Source of the DNA: an uncultured Candidatus Saccharibacteria bacterium
GTDB taxonomy: Bacteria > Patescibacteriota > Minisyncoccia > Phycocordibacterales > Phycocordibacteraceae
Assembly: GCA_964607655.1 (NCBI GenBank)
Contig: CAZSKX010000001.1
Location: 147,434 to 211,433 of the forward strand
DNA: 64,000 nucleotides
Direction of reading: 5' to 3'
Shown here piece by piece: positions 1 to 9,301 of this stretch (position 1 is its first letter; the number at the start of each line of letters is the position of its first letter). Under the pieces are notes generated by a model that was given only the letters and a program-made list of their open reading frames with translations, did no database searches and was not told the origin of the DNA. A program made the translations under genes and the position numbers.

Positions 1-1
1 C

Positions 2-1165
2 TATATCGGTGTCGATCCAACGGCCGACTCGATGCACGTGGGCCATTTGGCTTGGATTCTTCTGATGAAGCGCCTTGGCGAGATGGGGCACAAACTCATT
101 TTCCTTGTGGGTGGTGGGACCGGTGCGATCGGTGACCCAAAAGAGAAGGGAGAGAGAGTTCTTCTTGATGAGAAAACCGTGGCTGCTAATACGCTCGCGC
201 TCAAACGGCAGCTCAAGAGTATTCTCGGTCGGACGCCATTTACTCTTGTCGATAACGCTGACTGGCTCGACAAGCTCAAACTGATCCCGTTCTTGCGGGA
301 TATCGGTAAGCACTTCACGATCAATGATCTAACGAAGCGTGAGGTTATTCGACGTCGTCTCGATGCTCCTGACGAGAGTATTTCTTTTACGGAATTTTCG
401 TATTCGCTTCTGCAGGGCTACGATTACCTAGTGCTCAACCAAAGGTACAAGGCAGATCTCCAGGTGGGCGCCTCAGATCAGTGGACGAACATCCTTTCGG
501 GCGTTGATTTAATACGCAAAAAGGAGGGGAAGGAGGTCTATGCCTTTACGATCCCTCTGGTTACCGACTCGTCGGGCAAGAAGTTCGGTAAGAGCGAGGG
601 TAATGCTGTGTGGCTCGATGCAGAAAAGACTTCACCGTTTAGGTTCTATCAGTTCTGGATCAATTTGCCTGACGATAAGATTGGCGATTATCTCAATATC
701 TATACATCGCTCTCTCCTCAAGAGATTGAAACCGTGATGGTAAAGCACCGCGAAGCGCCACAGGATCGCGAGGCGCAGGAGCTGCTCGCGCGTCTCGTGA
801 CCGAGACGGTGCACGGCCCAGCGGCCACCGCTCAGGCCGCGGCGGCTACCGACGCGCTCTTTGGTCACACGGCGTTTGGCGAGCTCTCGCGTGAAGCGCG
901 TCAGGTGGCGCTCGCTGAGGCGCCCTCGGTCACGCTCTCGCGGCGCGAGGTGGAAAGCGGAGTGTCGCTCGCAGATATCCTGGTACAGGGCGGCATGGCG
1001 ACGAGTAAGGGCGAGGCGCGCCGACTGATCGAAGGGAAGGGAATTATGCTCGGCGATATGCGTATGGAGAACGTAGACCAAGAGGTCCATCTTGGCGATT
1101 TTAAGGACGGTTATACGCTCGTGCGTAAGGGTAAGCAGGGTGTGCTCGTGCTCATGTTGAAATAA
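2..1165 (+). CDS. tyrS: tyrosyl-tRNA synthetase (5' end lies outside the window)
   Basis: The reading frame is open from the window edge (YIGVDPTADSMHVGHL, a class I HIGH motif); KFGKS (KMSKS variant) and a C-terminal S4-like domain follow. Confidence 0.9.
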   Translation, partial: YIGVDPTADSMHVGHLAWILLMKRLGEMGHKLIFLVGGGTGAIGDPKEKGERVLLDEKTVAANTLALKRQLKSILGRTPFTLVDNADWLDKLKLIPFLRDIGKHFTINDLTKREVIRRRLDAPDESISFTEFSYSLLQGYDYLVLNQRYKADLQVGASDQWTNILSGVDLIRKKEGKEVYAFTIPLVTDSSGKKFGKSEGNAVWLDAEKTSPFRFYQFWINLPDDKIGDYLNIYTSLSPQEIETVMVKHREAPQDREAQELLARLVTETVHGPAATAQAAAATDALFGHTAFGELSREARQVALAEAPSVTLSRREVESGVSLADILVQGGMATSKGEARRLIEGKGIMLGDMRMENVDQEVHLGDFKDGYTLVRKGKQGVLVLMLK

Positions 1166-1192
1166 CAAAAGCCGCTTTAAAGCGGCTTTTGT
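1165..1192. terminator. bidirectional intrinsic terminator (AAAA-GCCGCTTTAAAGCGGC-TTTT)
   Basis: Perfect hairpin flanked by an A-run and a T-run, lying between tyrS and the convergent tRNA-Tyr. Confidence 0.7.
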
Positions 1193-1195
1193 CAC

Positions 1196-1281
1196 TGGTG
1201 CGCCGGGGAGGATTCGAACCTCCGTAGCCCGAAGGCGACAGGTTTACAGCCTGTTGTAATTGACCACTCTACCACCGACGC
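1196..1281 (-). tRNA. tRNA-Tyr (anticodon GTA), CCA encoded
   Basis: Reverse complement folds as a cloverleaf: acceptor GCGTCGG/CCGGCGC, anticodon stem ACAGG/CCTGT with loop CTGTAAA, long variable arm, T-loop TTCGAAT, 3' ACCA. Confidence 0.85.
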
Positions 1282-1321
1282 GACAGTACTCACTATAGCG
1301 GATATAGCCCATATATCAAGA

Positions 1322-1720
1322 TTATTGTGGCTGGGCGAAGATGTATCGGTACGCAATAAAGCTCTCGATCCCAATGAGGGAAGAAGCGGCTACGTGGGCG
1401 AGGAGGTAGTAGAGTTCAACACGATCGACAAAGACATACATCAACGTCGTATAGAGGGCAAGGTTTACGACACCAACCAGCGCGAAGGGGAGGAATCCGT
1501 GCGAGAGGCGAGTGCCGCGCACCTTAAAGGTCCAGTGTTTCTGAAGGTAGAAGTTGTAGCAGAGGGCGATCGTGAAGGCGATGGCCGACGAAGAGAGGTA
1601 CCAGATACCGAGGAGCGACGTCGTGACGAAGAGGAGAATAAAACTGAGCGTTGCTGCGCTTACGCCCACGATGACAGAACGAGCCGCCTGACGATGGTCA
1701 ATAGATTTAAATAAAAACAT
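1322..1720 (-). CDS. GtrA-family small membrane protein
   Basis: 132 aa with four predicted TM helices and a YNFYLQKHWTF-type motif typical of GtrA-like proteins. Confidence 0.5.
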   Translation of the reverse strand: MFLFKSIDHRQAARSVIVGVSAATLSFILLFVTTSLLGIWYLSSSAIAFTIALCYNFYLQKHWTFKVRGTRLSHGFLPFALVGVVNLALYTTLMYVFVDRVELYYLLAHVAASSLIGIESFIAYRYIFAQPQ

Positions 1721-1790
1721 GTCGCTACTCTAACATGGCAATGAGTTCATCTAAAAAACATTGCCGACACTCTATGCTTCGTCTATTACT

Positions 1791-2225
1791 ATGACTAAAA
1801 AGACTTCAGCACAGATCGTCGCTGGTGTGGGGGCTGGACTCGCCGCAGTGGGTGCAGCGGGCTACTACTTCTACGCGAGCTCTCGTGCGAAGAGTCACCG
1901 TAAAATCGCCGCCCGATGGGCAACCACTATGAAAAACGAAGTTGTCCGTGATGTGAAAAAATTAAAAGACCAAATCACTGCTCAGGATATCGCTCTCATT
2001 GTCGATAGTGTGGCGAAAGCATATGAGGGTACGCGCTCTAAGACGACTACGGCGGTTAAGCGAGCGGCAGCAGAACTCAAACGAAACTGGGAACTGGTTC
2101 GTGATGAATCGCTCGGGACTCAAAAATATGCTCCCGTAAGGATAAAAGCCTCGCATTCTAAAGCCGCAAAAGCTCGCAAGAGTACAAAACGCCGGGTGCC
2201 GACCCGCACGCGCCCTCGCCGCTAA
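1791..2225 (+). CDS. hypothetical protein with an N-terminal TM anchor and a Lys/Arg-rich C-terminus
   Basis: ORF with hydrophobic N-terminal segment AQIVAGVGAGLAAVGAAGYYF; the ATG at 1791 is preferred over the upstream TTG. Confidence 0.4.
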   Translation: MTKKTSAQIVAGVGAGLAAVGAAGYYFYASSRAKSHRKIAARWATTMKNEVVRDVKKLKDQITAQDIALIVDSVAKAYEGTRSKTTTAVKRAAAELKRNWELVRDESLGTQKYAPVRIKASHSKAAKARKSTKRRVPTRTRPRR

Positions 2226-2254
2226 CACGGCAGAGAATATGGTATTCTGGGGCG

Positions 2255-3211
2255 ATGAGCGAAAAGCCCGTCCTTATTACTGGTATCAAGCCGACCGGTG
2301 ACCTCCATATCGGCAACTATTTTGGCGCGATCCGCCCCGCGGTCGAACTCATTAAAGAGAGAAAGTATAAGTCGTATCTTTTTGTCGCCGACTATCACGC
2401 GTTAAACACGATGCAGGACGCCGAGGAGATGCGTCGGCGCACTCGAGAGATCGTGATGGCGTATCTTGCTGCGGGACTCGACCCGGAGGAGGTGGTGCTC
2501 TTCAAGCAGTCAGATGTGCCAGCGCACACGGAGCTCTGCTGGATCTTCGACACGATCACCACCATGCCGTACCTGCAGCGCGCGCATGCGTACAAAGATG
2601 CCGAGGCGAAGAATCACGAGATCAGTGTCGGCACCTTCAACTATCCACTCCTGATGGCGGCCGACATTCTCCTCTACGACGCGGCGGTGGTGCCGGTAGG
2701 ACAGGACCAGAAGCAGCACATCGAGATCGCGCGCGACACCGCCGAGAAGTTTAATCGCGTATACAAAACCGAAGTTTTTAAACTCCCCCAGCCACACATC
2801 ATGCCTGATGTGGCTGTCGTGCCCGGTACCGACGGGCAGAAGATGAGTAAGAGTTACGGGAACGTGATCCCCCTGTTCTCGACTCGCGAAGTGCTCACGA
2901 AGGCCGTGATGAGTATCGTGACGAACTCGTCAGAGGGTCGCCCTGAGAACCTTTTCAATATCCACAAGCTCGTGCGGGCGGAGCGTGAGCTCGAGGCGCT
3001 TTATGCCGAGCACGCGGCAAGCTTCAAAACCCTTAAAGAAATGCTTGTCGAAGATCTCGACCGGTACCTCGCCCCCATGCGTGCCAAGTACGAAGAGCTC
3101 AAGGAGAACCCACCAATTATCGAAGATGTCCTCGCCGCCGGTCGTCTCGAAGCCCGTGCGGTCTCCGAGGCCAAAATGGATCAGGTACGTAATGCCATCG
3201 GAGTCGCATAG
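2255..3211 (+). CDS. trpS: tryptophanyl-tRNA synthetase
   Basis: ITGIKPTGDLHIGNYFG (HIGH region) and KMSKSYGN; length 318 aa. Confidence 0.9.
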   Translation: MSEKPVLITGIKPTGDLHIGNYFGAIRPAVELIKERKYKSYLFVADYHALNTMQDAEEMRRRTREIVMAYLAAGLDPEEVVLFKQSDVPAHTELCWIFDTITTMPYLQRAHAYKDAEAKNHEISVGTFNYPLLMAADILLYDAAVVPVGQDQKQHIEIARDTAEKFNRVYKTEVFKLPQPHIMPDVAVVPGTDGQKMSKSYGNVIPLFSTREVLTKAVMSIVTNSSEGRPENLFNIHKLVRAERELEALYAEHAASFKTLKEMLVEDLDRYLAPMRAKYEELKENPPIIEDVLAAGRLEARAVSEAKMDQVRNAIGVA

Positions 3212-3217
3212 CGACTA

Positions 3218-3246
3218 TTGACAGATCAGATATATAGTTATACTAT
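3218..3246 (+). promoter_or_regulatory. sigma70-like promoter (TTGACA-17-TACTAT)
   Basis: Consensus -35 with a 17-nt spacer and a -10 box, upstream of the 3289 ORF. Confidence 0.45.
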
Positions 3247-3288
3247 CTCATACAGGTCCGAAGTTTGGAACGATTCAGGAGGTGTCTC

Positions 3289-3714
3289 ATGTCGAGACTC
3301 ATTTACCGTGATAAAAAGGGGAAACTCGAGATTATCTGCGGTAAGCCCGTGGAGAAAGTCATCGAGCATGCCGTGGAGCTGGCAGCCGAAGAACTGAAGA
3401 CCCTGGTCTTCAGTTCAAACGGCGTTCAGCTGACCGTAGCTCCGGATTCAGATCCGGTGCTGCTCTATCGCGACTGGAATCGCGCTCTCTCAGGGTACAT
3501 AAAGAAGAGTGTCGGTCCTTATCCCAGCCTGGTGCTGTCGCGTGAAGACGCCGCTCGGGATGCGTTCCTCTGCGCGAAGAACGAGTTGCACTACCAGAAA
3601 GGAGCTGTCACTCGTGCGCAGAAAGAGCTTCGCCGCCGTCAGGGCGTTCTCGAGCGCGCAAAGGCCAAGTATGAAGCTCTTCGCGACAAGGGTCGCAAGG
3701 CCCGTCGCCCGTAA
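3289..3714 (+). CDS. hypothetical protein
   Basis: ORF preceded by a GGAGGTG Shine-Dalgarno sequence; no recognisable family. Confidence 0.45.
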   Translation: MSRLIYRDKKGKLEIICGKPVEKVIEHAVELAAEELKTLVFSSNGVQLTVAPDSDPVLLYRDWNRALSGYIKKSVGPYPSLVLSREDAARDAFLCAKNELHYQKGAVTRAQKELRRRQGVLERAKAKYEALRDKGRKARRP

Positions 3715-3719
3715 CGTCA

Positions 3720-3765
3720 GGCGCGCAGGGGATCGAAAGATCCTCCTGCGCGCCTTTTCTTTTTA
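3720..3765 (+). terminator. intrinsic terminator
   Basis: GGCGCGCAGGGGATC-gaaa-GATCCTCCTGCGCGCC hairpin followed by TTTTCTTTTT. Confidence 0.7.
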
Positions 3766-3783
3766 TGTTATTTTGGGAGGAAT

Positions 3784-5127
3784 ATGGAACGAACACTTAT
3801 TAAAAATCTGGGGCAGAAGGTAGGGGAGACTGTTTCTATAAGCGGCTGGGTCGATGTGCGTCGCGACCAGGGTAAGATGGTCTTCTTTGACTTCCGCGAT
3901 CGCTCGGGCAAAGTGCAGGGCGTCGTGCTACCCGGCAGCGACGCGATGGAGGTGGCGAAGGAAACGAAGGTTGAGTATGTGGTGCGCGTGGAGGGCGTGG
4001 TCAACAAGCGCCCAGAGAAGAACATCGTCGCAGATAAGCAAAATGGCGACATCGAGCTCGAGGTAAAGGGCCTTGAAGTGCTCTCCGCAGCGGAGGTGCT
4101 CCCGTTCCCCAAAGAAGAGGAGGTGAATCTCGATACCTATCTCGACAATCTCCCGCTCACGCTTCGCTCAGAGCGCGGTCGCGCGATATTTAAGGTGCAG
4201 GCAGAAATCGCAAATGCGTACCGCGGATTCCTCGGACTTAACGGCTTTGTCGAGTTCCAAGCGCCGAAGCTGATCGGTGACGACGCGGAGGGCGGCGCAA
4301 ACGTCTTCGAGGTGCCGTACTTCAACGGCAAGACCGCGCACCTCGGCACCTCGCCGCAGTTCTATAAGCAGATCATGGTCGGCGTACTCGAGCGCGTCTA
4401 CGCTATCGGCAATGTATATCGTGCCGAGAAGCACTCGACCACGCGCCACATCAACGAGTACACCTCGATGGACCTCGAGATGGGCTTTATTAAAGACCAC
4501 ACCGATCTGATGGAGCTCGAAACGCGGCTCATGCACGCGCTCATCAAGCAGCTCGAGATGAACTGCGCGGGGGAGTTTAAACTGCTCGGCGCAGAATTGC
4601 CGACGGCTCCGGAAACCTTCCCAACGATGAAGCTCCGCGAAGCACTCGAGCTCATATTTAAAGAAACAGCTCGCGACAATCGCAACGAGCCCGACCTCGA
4701 GCCCGAGGATGAGCGGTGGCTCTCGGAGTGGGCCAAGAAAGAGAAGGGGAGTGACTTCATCTTCATCACGCACTACCCGGTCGCTAAGCGTCCGATGTAT
4801 ACGATGGAGGACAGCGAGGATCCGGGCTACACCAAGAGCTTCGATCTTCTCTTCCGTGGTGTCGAGATCACGACCGGCGGTCAGCGACGCCACGAGTACC
4901 AGAACCTGATCGACGGGATCAAAATGAAAGGACTCGACCCTGAAAAGTTCTCTTACTATCTGCAGGCCTTTAAGTACGGCATGCCGCCGCATGGTGGATG
5001 GGGCATGGGCCTCGAACGCCTTACCCAGAAGATGCTTGGCCTCGCGAACGTGAAGGAGGCGACTCTCTTCCCGCGTGACATCAACCGCATCGACGTACTT
5101 CTTTCGACTAACGAAACGCCAGAATGA
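3784..5127 (+). CDS. aspS: aspartyl-tRNA synthetase, archaeal/eukaryal type (class IIb), possibly non-discriminating
   Basis: YRAEKHSTTRHINE, FRGVEITTGGQRRHE and YGMPPHGGWGMGLERL match archaeal-type AspRS rather than the AsnRS GGSQRE pattern. Confidence 0.8.
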   Translation: MERTLIKNLGQKVGETVSISGWVDVRRDQGKMVFFDFRDRSGKVQGVVLPGSDAMEVAKETKVEYVVRVEGVVNKRPEKNIVADKQNGDIELEVKGLEVLSAAEVLPFPKEEEVNLDTYLDNLPLTLRSERGRAIFKVQAEIANAYRGFLGLNGFVEFQAPKLIGDDAEGGANVFEVPYFNGKTAHLGTSPQFYKQIMVGVLERVYAIGNVYRAEKHSTTRHINEYTSMDLEMGFIKDHTDLMELETRLMHALIKQLEMNCAGEFKLLGAELPTAPETFPTMKLREALELIFKETARDNRNEPDLEPEDERWLSEWAKKEKGSDFIFITHYPVAKRPMYTMEDSEDPGYTKSFDLLFRGVEITTGGQRRHEYQNLIDGIKMKGLDPEKFSYYLQAFKYGMPPHGGWGMGLERLTQKMLGLANVKEATLFPRDINRIDVLLSTNETPE

Positions 5128-6500
5128 AGCTGATCTTTAAGAAAGGCTCGATCGATGAAGCGCCGAAGGGATATGTGCGCGTCGAGCTCACTGACGCCGC
5201 GAAAGGCGTTAAACGTTTTGTAAAAGAAAAAGAGGTAGAGACATTGGAGCTCGGTATTGGTAAGGACGCGCTCAGCCAGCGGCAGTTTATTATTCTCTGT
5301 CGGTCCATCGTTAACGCTGCGAAGGCAAACAAGGTGAAGACGTTTGCGCTCGAGCTGCCCGAGCTCGATGAGGTACGTGCCCAGCTTGCAGCGGAGAATT
5401 TTGAGATGGCAAACTTTGAATTCAATCACTTCAAGACGAAGCCGAAGGAGGGCTGGACCGAAGTTGAGGAAATCCTCCTTTACGGTAAGTCGTCAGCAAG
5501 TATCGAGGTTGCAGTGAAGAAGGGTCAGGAGATAGGGAAGGGAGTAAACGCCTGTCGCACACTCGCGAACACTCCGGGCGGCGATGTTACCCCGACCACG
5601 CTCGCCAAGGCAGCTAAAGACGCCGCTAAAGGGCTGCCAGTTAAGGTCTCGATTCTTGGGGAGAAGGAGATGCAGAAGCTCGGCATGGGCGCCTTGCTCG
5701 GCGTAGCCAAGGGCTCGAGTGAGAAGCCGACCTTCACGATTATGGAATACAAGGGTGCGAAGGACGCGCCGATCGTCCTCTGTGGAAAGGGGGTGACGTT
5801 CGATAGTGGCGGACTGAACCTCAAGCCGTCGAACTACATCTACGAGATGCACATGGACATGTCCGGTGCAGCCTCGGTGATCCACACGGTCGCGCTTGCT
5901 GCCCGCCTGAAACTAAAGAAGCACGTCATTGGCCTTATTCCTTCAGTCGAGAATATGCCGAGTGGGACGGCCTTTCGCCCGGGCGATGTCTTAAAGAGTA
6001 TGTCGGGTAAGACGATCGAGGTGTTGAACACCGACGCCGAGGGTCGCCTTATCCTCGCTGACGCGCTTACCTACGCGAAGAAGTTTAAGCCCGCAGTGGT
6101 AGCGGACGTCGCGACTCTTACCGGCGCCGCGCACGTTGCGCTTGGCAACTACGCGAGCGCGATCATGACCCGCGATGAGAAGCTGCAGGCGCAGGTGCTC
6201 GAAGCCGCCGAGAAATCGGGCGACTACGCCTGGCCACTTCCGCTCTGGGACGAGTACGAGGAGATGATAAAAGGAGTCTTTGCGGATATTACGAATTCTT
6301 CACCGATTCGCTATGGTGGCGCGATCGAGGGCGGGATGTTCCTCTGGCAGTTTGCTAAAGAGCTCGAGTGTCCTTGGGTTCACATCGACATGGCGCCGCG
6401 CATGACAGCGGCACCGGGAGACGAGCTCGCGAAGGGCGCCGCGGGTGCGCCTGTGCGTCTCTTGCTGAAATTTATCGAAGAATACAGTCCGAAGAAGTGA
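5124..6500 (+). CDS. pepA: leucyl aminopeptidase (M17 family)
   Basis: NTDAEGRLILADAL signature; start codon overlaps the aspS stop (ATGA). Confidence 0.9.
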   Translation: MKLIFKKGSIDEAPKGYVRVELTDAAKGVKRFVKEKEVETLELGIGKDALSQRQFIILCRSIVNAAKANKVKTFALELPELDEVRAQLAAENFEMANFEFNHFKTKPKEGWTEVEEILLYGKSSASIEVAVKKGQEIGKGVNACRTLANTPGGDVTPTTLAKAAKDAAKGLPVKVSILGEKEMQKLGMGALLGVAKGSSEKPTFTIMEYKGAKDAPIVLCGKGVTFDSGGLNLKPSNYIYEMHMDMSGAASVIHTVALAARLKLKKHVIGLIPSVENMPSGTAFRPGDVLKSMSGKTIEVLNTDAEGRLILADALTYAKKFKPAVVADVATLTGAAHVALGNYASAIMTRDEKLQAQVLEAAEKSGDYAWPLPLWDEYEEMIKGVFADITNSSPIRYGGAIEGGMFLWQFAKELECPWVHIDMAPRMTAAPGDELAKGAAGAPVRLLLKFIEEYSPKK

Positions 6501-6514
6501 TACCATGATGGCAC

Positions 6515-7240
6515 ATGCCATTTGAGGTAAAGACGCACGCCTACGAAGGACCGTTTGAAGTGCTGCTCGATCTGATCGAGTCGCGTAAGCTCTTGGTCAA
6601 CGAGGTCTCACTCGCACAGATCACTGAAGACTTTGTCTCGCACGTGCGTGCACAGCAGGACTTCCCGATGGAGGAAGCGGCTCACTTTATTCAGATTGCT
6701 GCTACGCTCCTCCTGATCAAGTCGAAGTCGCTCGTTCCTGATCTCACGCTTACCCAAGAAGAGAACGAGGACGTCGAGGACTTGCAGCGGCGTCTCGCGG
6801 CGTACGAGAAGGTGCGCGAGGCTTCGCGTGAGCTGGCCAAAATTTTCGGTAGAAGCGTCATGTTGCCAGCAGGGGAGCGAAAGCCTGAAGTGACCTTCGC
6901 CCCCTCGCGCGACTTCACGAAGGATGGGCTCGCCGAAGCGCTCGTGCGCGTATTGAAGGCACGTGAAGAAGTAGAGGCGCTCCCTGAAGCGCGCGTTAAG
7001 CCGCTCGTGACGATCGAGGAGATGATGGATCAGCTCGCAAGCCGTGTGCAGAGCGCGATGCAGCTCTCGTTTAAAGAATTTGCCGGCGGAGCCAAGGAGA
7101 AGGTGGAGGTGATCGTCTCCTTCCTCGCGCTCCTCGAGCTCGTGAAGCAGGGCGCTGTCGCCGCAGACCAGAAAGAAGAGCATGGCGACATCAACATTAG
7201 CCATAATCCAGCACCGCCCTCCTTGCCTCACTACGGCTAG
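6515..7240 (+). CDS. scpA: segregation and condensation protein A
   Basis: N-terminal FEGPFEVLLDLIESRKL ScpA motif. Confidence 0.85.
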   Translation: MPFEVKTHAYEGPFEVLLDLIESRKLLVNEVSLAQITEDFVSHVRAQQDFPMEEAAHFIQIAATLLLIKSKSLVPDLTLTQEENEDVEDLQRRLAAYEKVREASRELAKIFGRSVMLPAGERKPEVTFAPSRDFTKDGLAEALVRVLKAREEVEALPEARVKPLVTIEEMMDQLASRVQSAMQLSFKEFAGGAKEKVEVIVSFLALLELVKQGAVAADQKEEHGDINISHNPAPPSLPHYG

Positions 7241-7325
7241 GTTGACTATCCCCAGGTAGTGTTTTATTGCCCGCGTCTCATTCATGAAGACGTTACACTA
7301 GGGGCATACACATTTAAATCATTTC

Positions 7326-8681
7326 ATGGCTAAAGCTAAATCCTCTCGACGGGCTCCTTTAATGCGTAAGATGCACAAGATGAGCACGACAACACTCGCC
7401 TTCACCGGCGTTGTGCTTATCGGGCTCGCGTATCTCTTTATGTCCTCTACAGCGGCTCTGCAGTCTTCTTCGCTGCTTGCTGCCGTTACTCGCACGGCAA
7501 CGAACCCTCTTAAGGTGGTTTCGCCAAATGGCGGAGAAGTGTGGGCTAAAGATTCGACGCAGAAGATCCTCTGGACGGGAGGAGGGTCAAACTGGAAGCT
7601 CGAAGTATTGCTCAAGAACTCATCTACGACCAACACGGTCGTCACTATTGCATCGAGCACAAGCAATACGGGCGCTATTGCATGGAAAGTTCCCACCACC
7701 CTAAGATCTCGCTCTTACAACATCAGGATAAGGTGTACGAATTGTCCGAAAGGGACTAAGGGAGTGACAGACATCAGCGATTCACCGTTCTCAATCACCA
7801 GCGTGGTTGGAGCACCAGATCTGGTCGCGGGCATGGTTTCTCCGACTGCGACGATTGCCGGGACAGCCACAGCGTTGTCCTCGTTGGTCACCAATATTGG
7901 AAACGCATCCACAGGATCTGGCTTTGGGGTCGTTTTCCAGCTCGCGAGTAGCAGCTTGGGTGCCAACGCGGTAACTATCGCCAATCCCGCGACCACAGCG
8001 CTCGCTGGCGGCAGCTCCAGAACCGTATCTTCTAGCTACACCTTTCCTACAGCAGGGACTTATTACGTTCGCGCCTGTGCCGATATGGGATCCACGGGTC
8101 TTTCATTTGGTGGCTCTACGTATGCTATATCCGGCGGGGTGATCAACGAATCCAATGAAAACAACAACTGTGGAGCATATACGGCGATCACAGTAACGAC
8201 GACGAGCAAGACGAGCCTCAACGTAGAATTTGTGTCTGCAAACACCACAGCAAACGTAAGTGATGGCGCGAATGATGATCAAGGGACGTTCCAGATCAGG
8301 TACAAGATTACTGCAATCAATGGTGATGTGTACATTCCTACTAAAGCAGACGTAGTGTCAGCCAGTTCTACAATGATTGGAAAGACAGTGGTTACGATTG
8401 ATCGTAATGGGACGCTGGCACAGACTACGGGTACGGTATCAACGCTGGAGAACATCACAGATAGCACTGTCACGCCAGCCGGTAATTACCTCATAAGGGC
8501 TGGAACAACAGAGACGTTTGTCGTCACCACGAGTGTGCAGTTGCCTGCCGTGGGGTCCGCGGGTCAATACCGCATGATGATAGGTGGCATCTGGTGGGGG
8601 AGCTCAGACAGCACCCTCCTCAACAATTCCTATAGTGGGGATCTCAGTGCATTCAAAACAAACTATCTATATCTCAACTAA
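7326..8681 (+). CDS. Ser/Thr-rich exported or surface protein, unknown function
   Basis: N-terminal TM/signal segment and a long S/T/G/A-rich low-complexity body; GC about 50%, lower than neighbouring genes. Confidence 0.5.
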   Translation: MAKAKSSRRAPLMRKMHKMSTTTLAFTGVVLIGLAYLFMSSTAALQSSSLLAAVTRTATNPLKVVSPNGGEVWAKDSTQKILWTGGGSNWKLEVLLKNSSTTNTVVTIASSTSNTGAIAWKVPTTLRSRSYNIRIRCTNCPKGTKGVTDISDSPFSITSVVGAPDLVAGMVSPTATIAGTATALSSLVTNIGNASTGSGFGVVFQLASSSLGANAVTIANPATTALAGGSSRTVSSSYTFPTAGTYYVRACADMGSTGLSFGGSTYAISGGVINESNENNNCGAYTAITVTTTSKTSLNVEFVSANTTANVSDGANDDQGTFQIRYKITAINGDVYIPTKADVVSASSTMIGKTVVTIDRNGTLAQTTGTVSTLENITDSTVTPAGNYLIRAGTTETFVVTTSVQLPAVGSAGQYRMMIGGIWWGSSDSTLLNNSYSGDLSAFKTNYLYLN

Positions 8682-8741
8682 GACCTTGCGTCCCCACGCG
8701 CCGCGTTGCAGGGGAGGGGAGAGACGGCTAAAATAGGGGGA

Positions 8742-9299
8742 ATGTTAAGCCTCGGAGCCTCTATTGAAGCGGTCTTGTTCGCCTCGGGTGAACCAATGAG
8801 TAAGAAGAACCTCCGCGCCCTCCTCGGCGGGGTGACGAACGCCGAGCTCATATTCGGACTGCGGGAGCTCGAAGAGGCACTTAAGGGAAGGGGTCTCGCG
8901 CTTGTCGAGACCGATGAGGAGGTCGAGCTGCGCACCGCACCTGAAGCGACCGACATCGTGAAGAAGCTGCGCGAAAGTGAACTCTCTCGCGACCTCGGCA
9001 AAGCTTCGCTCGAGACGCTGGCGGTCATCGCGTACAAGGCCGGATCGACCAGAACGGAGATCGACTGGGTACGCGGGGTTAACTCAGGTGCCTCGATGCG
9101 CACGCTCCTCCTCCGTGGTCTCATCGAAGGGGTTGAAGATCCGAACGACAAACGTCGGGTTCGCTACAGCCTCACCCCCGACGCGCTCGCTCACCTGGGC
9201 ATCTCGCGCGCAGGAGACCTGCCGCGTTACGAGGAACTGTCTGCTGGCGCCCAGGCGGTGGTAGAGGCGAGCGAGACAGCGGCGGAAGCGACAGCATAA
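8742..9299 (+). CDS. scpB: segregation and condensation protein B
   Basis: IEAVLFASGEPMS motif; the ATG at 8742 with a GGGGG Shine-Dalgarno sequence is preferred over the TTG at 8706. Confidence 0.8.
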   Translation: MLSLGASIEAVLFASGEPMSKKNLRALLGGVTNAELIFGLRELEEALKGRGLALVETDEEVELRTAPEATDIVKKLRESELSRDLGKASLETLAVIAYKAGSTRTEIDWVRGVNSGASMRTLLLRGLIEGVEDPNDKRRVRYSLTPDALAHLGISRAGDLPRYEELSAGAQAVVEASETAAEATA

Positions 9300-9301
9300 T
9301 C

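Noticed and set aside
4168-4992. 274-aa ORF antisense to aspS
   Set aside because: Entirely embedded antisense in a conserved synthetase gene; no RBS and low-complexity sequence.
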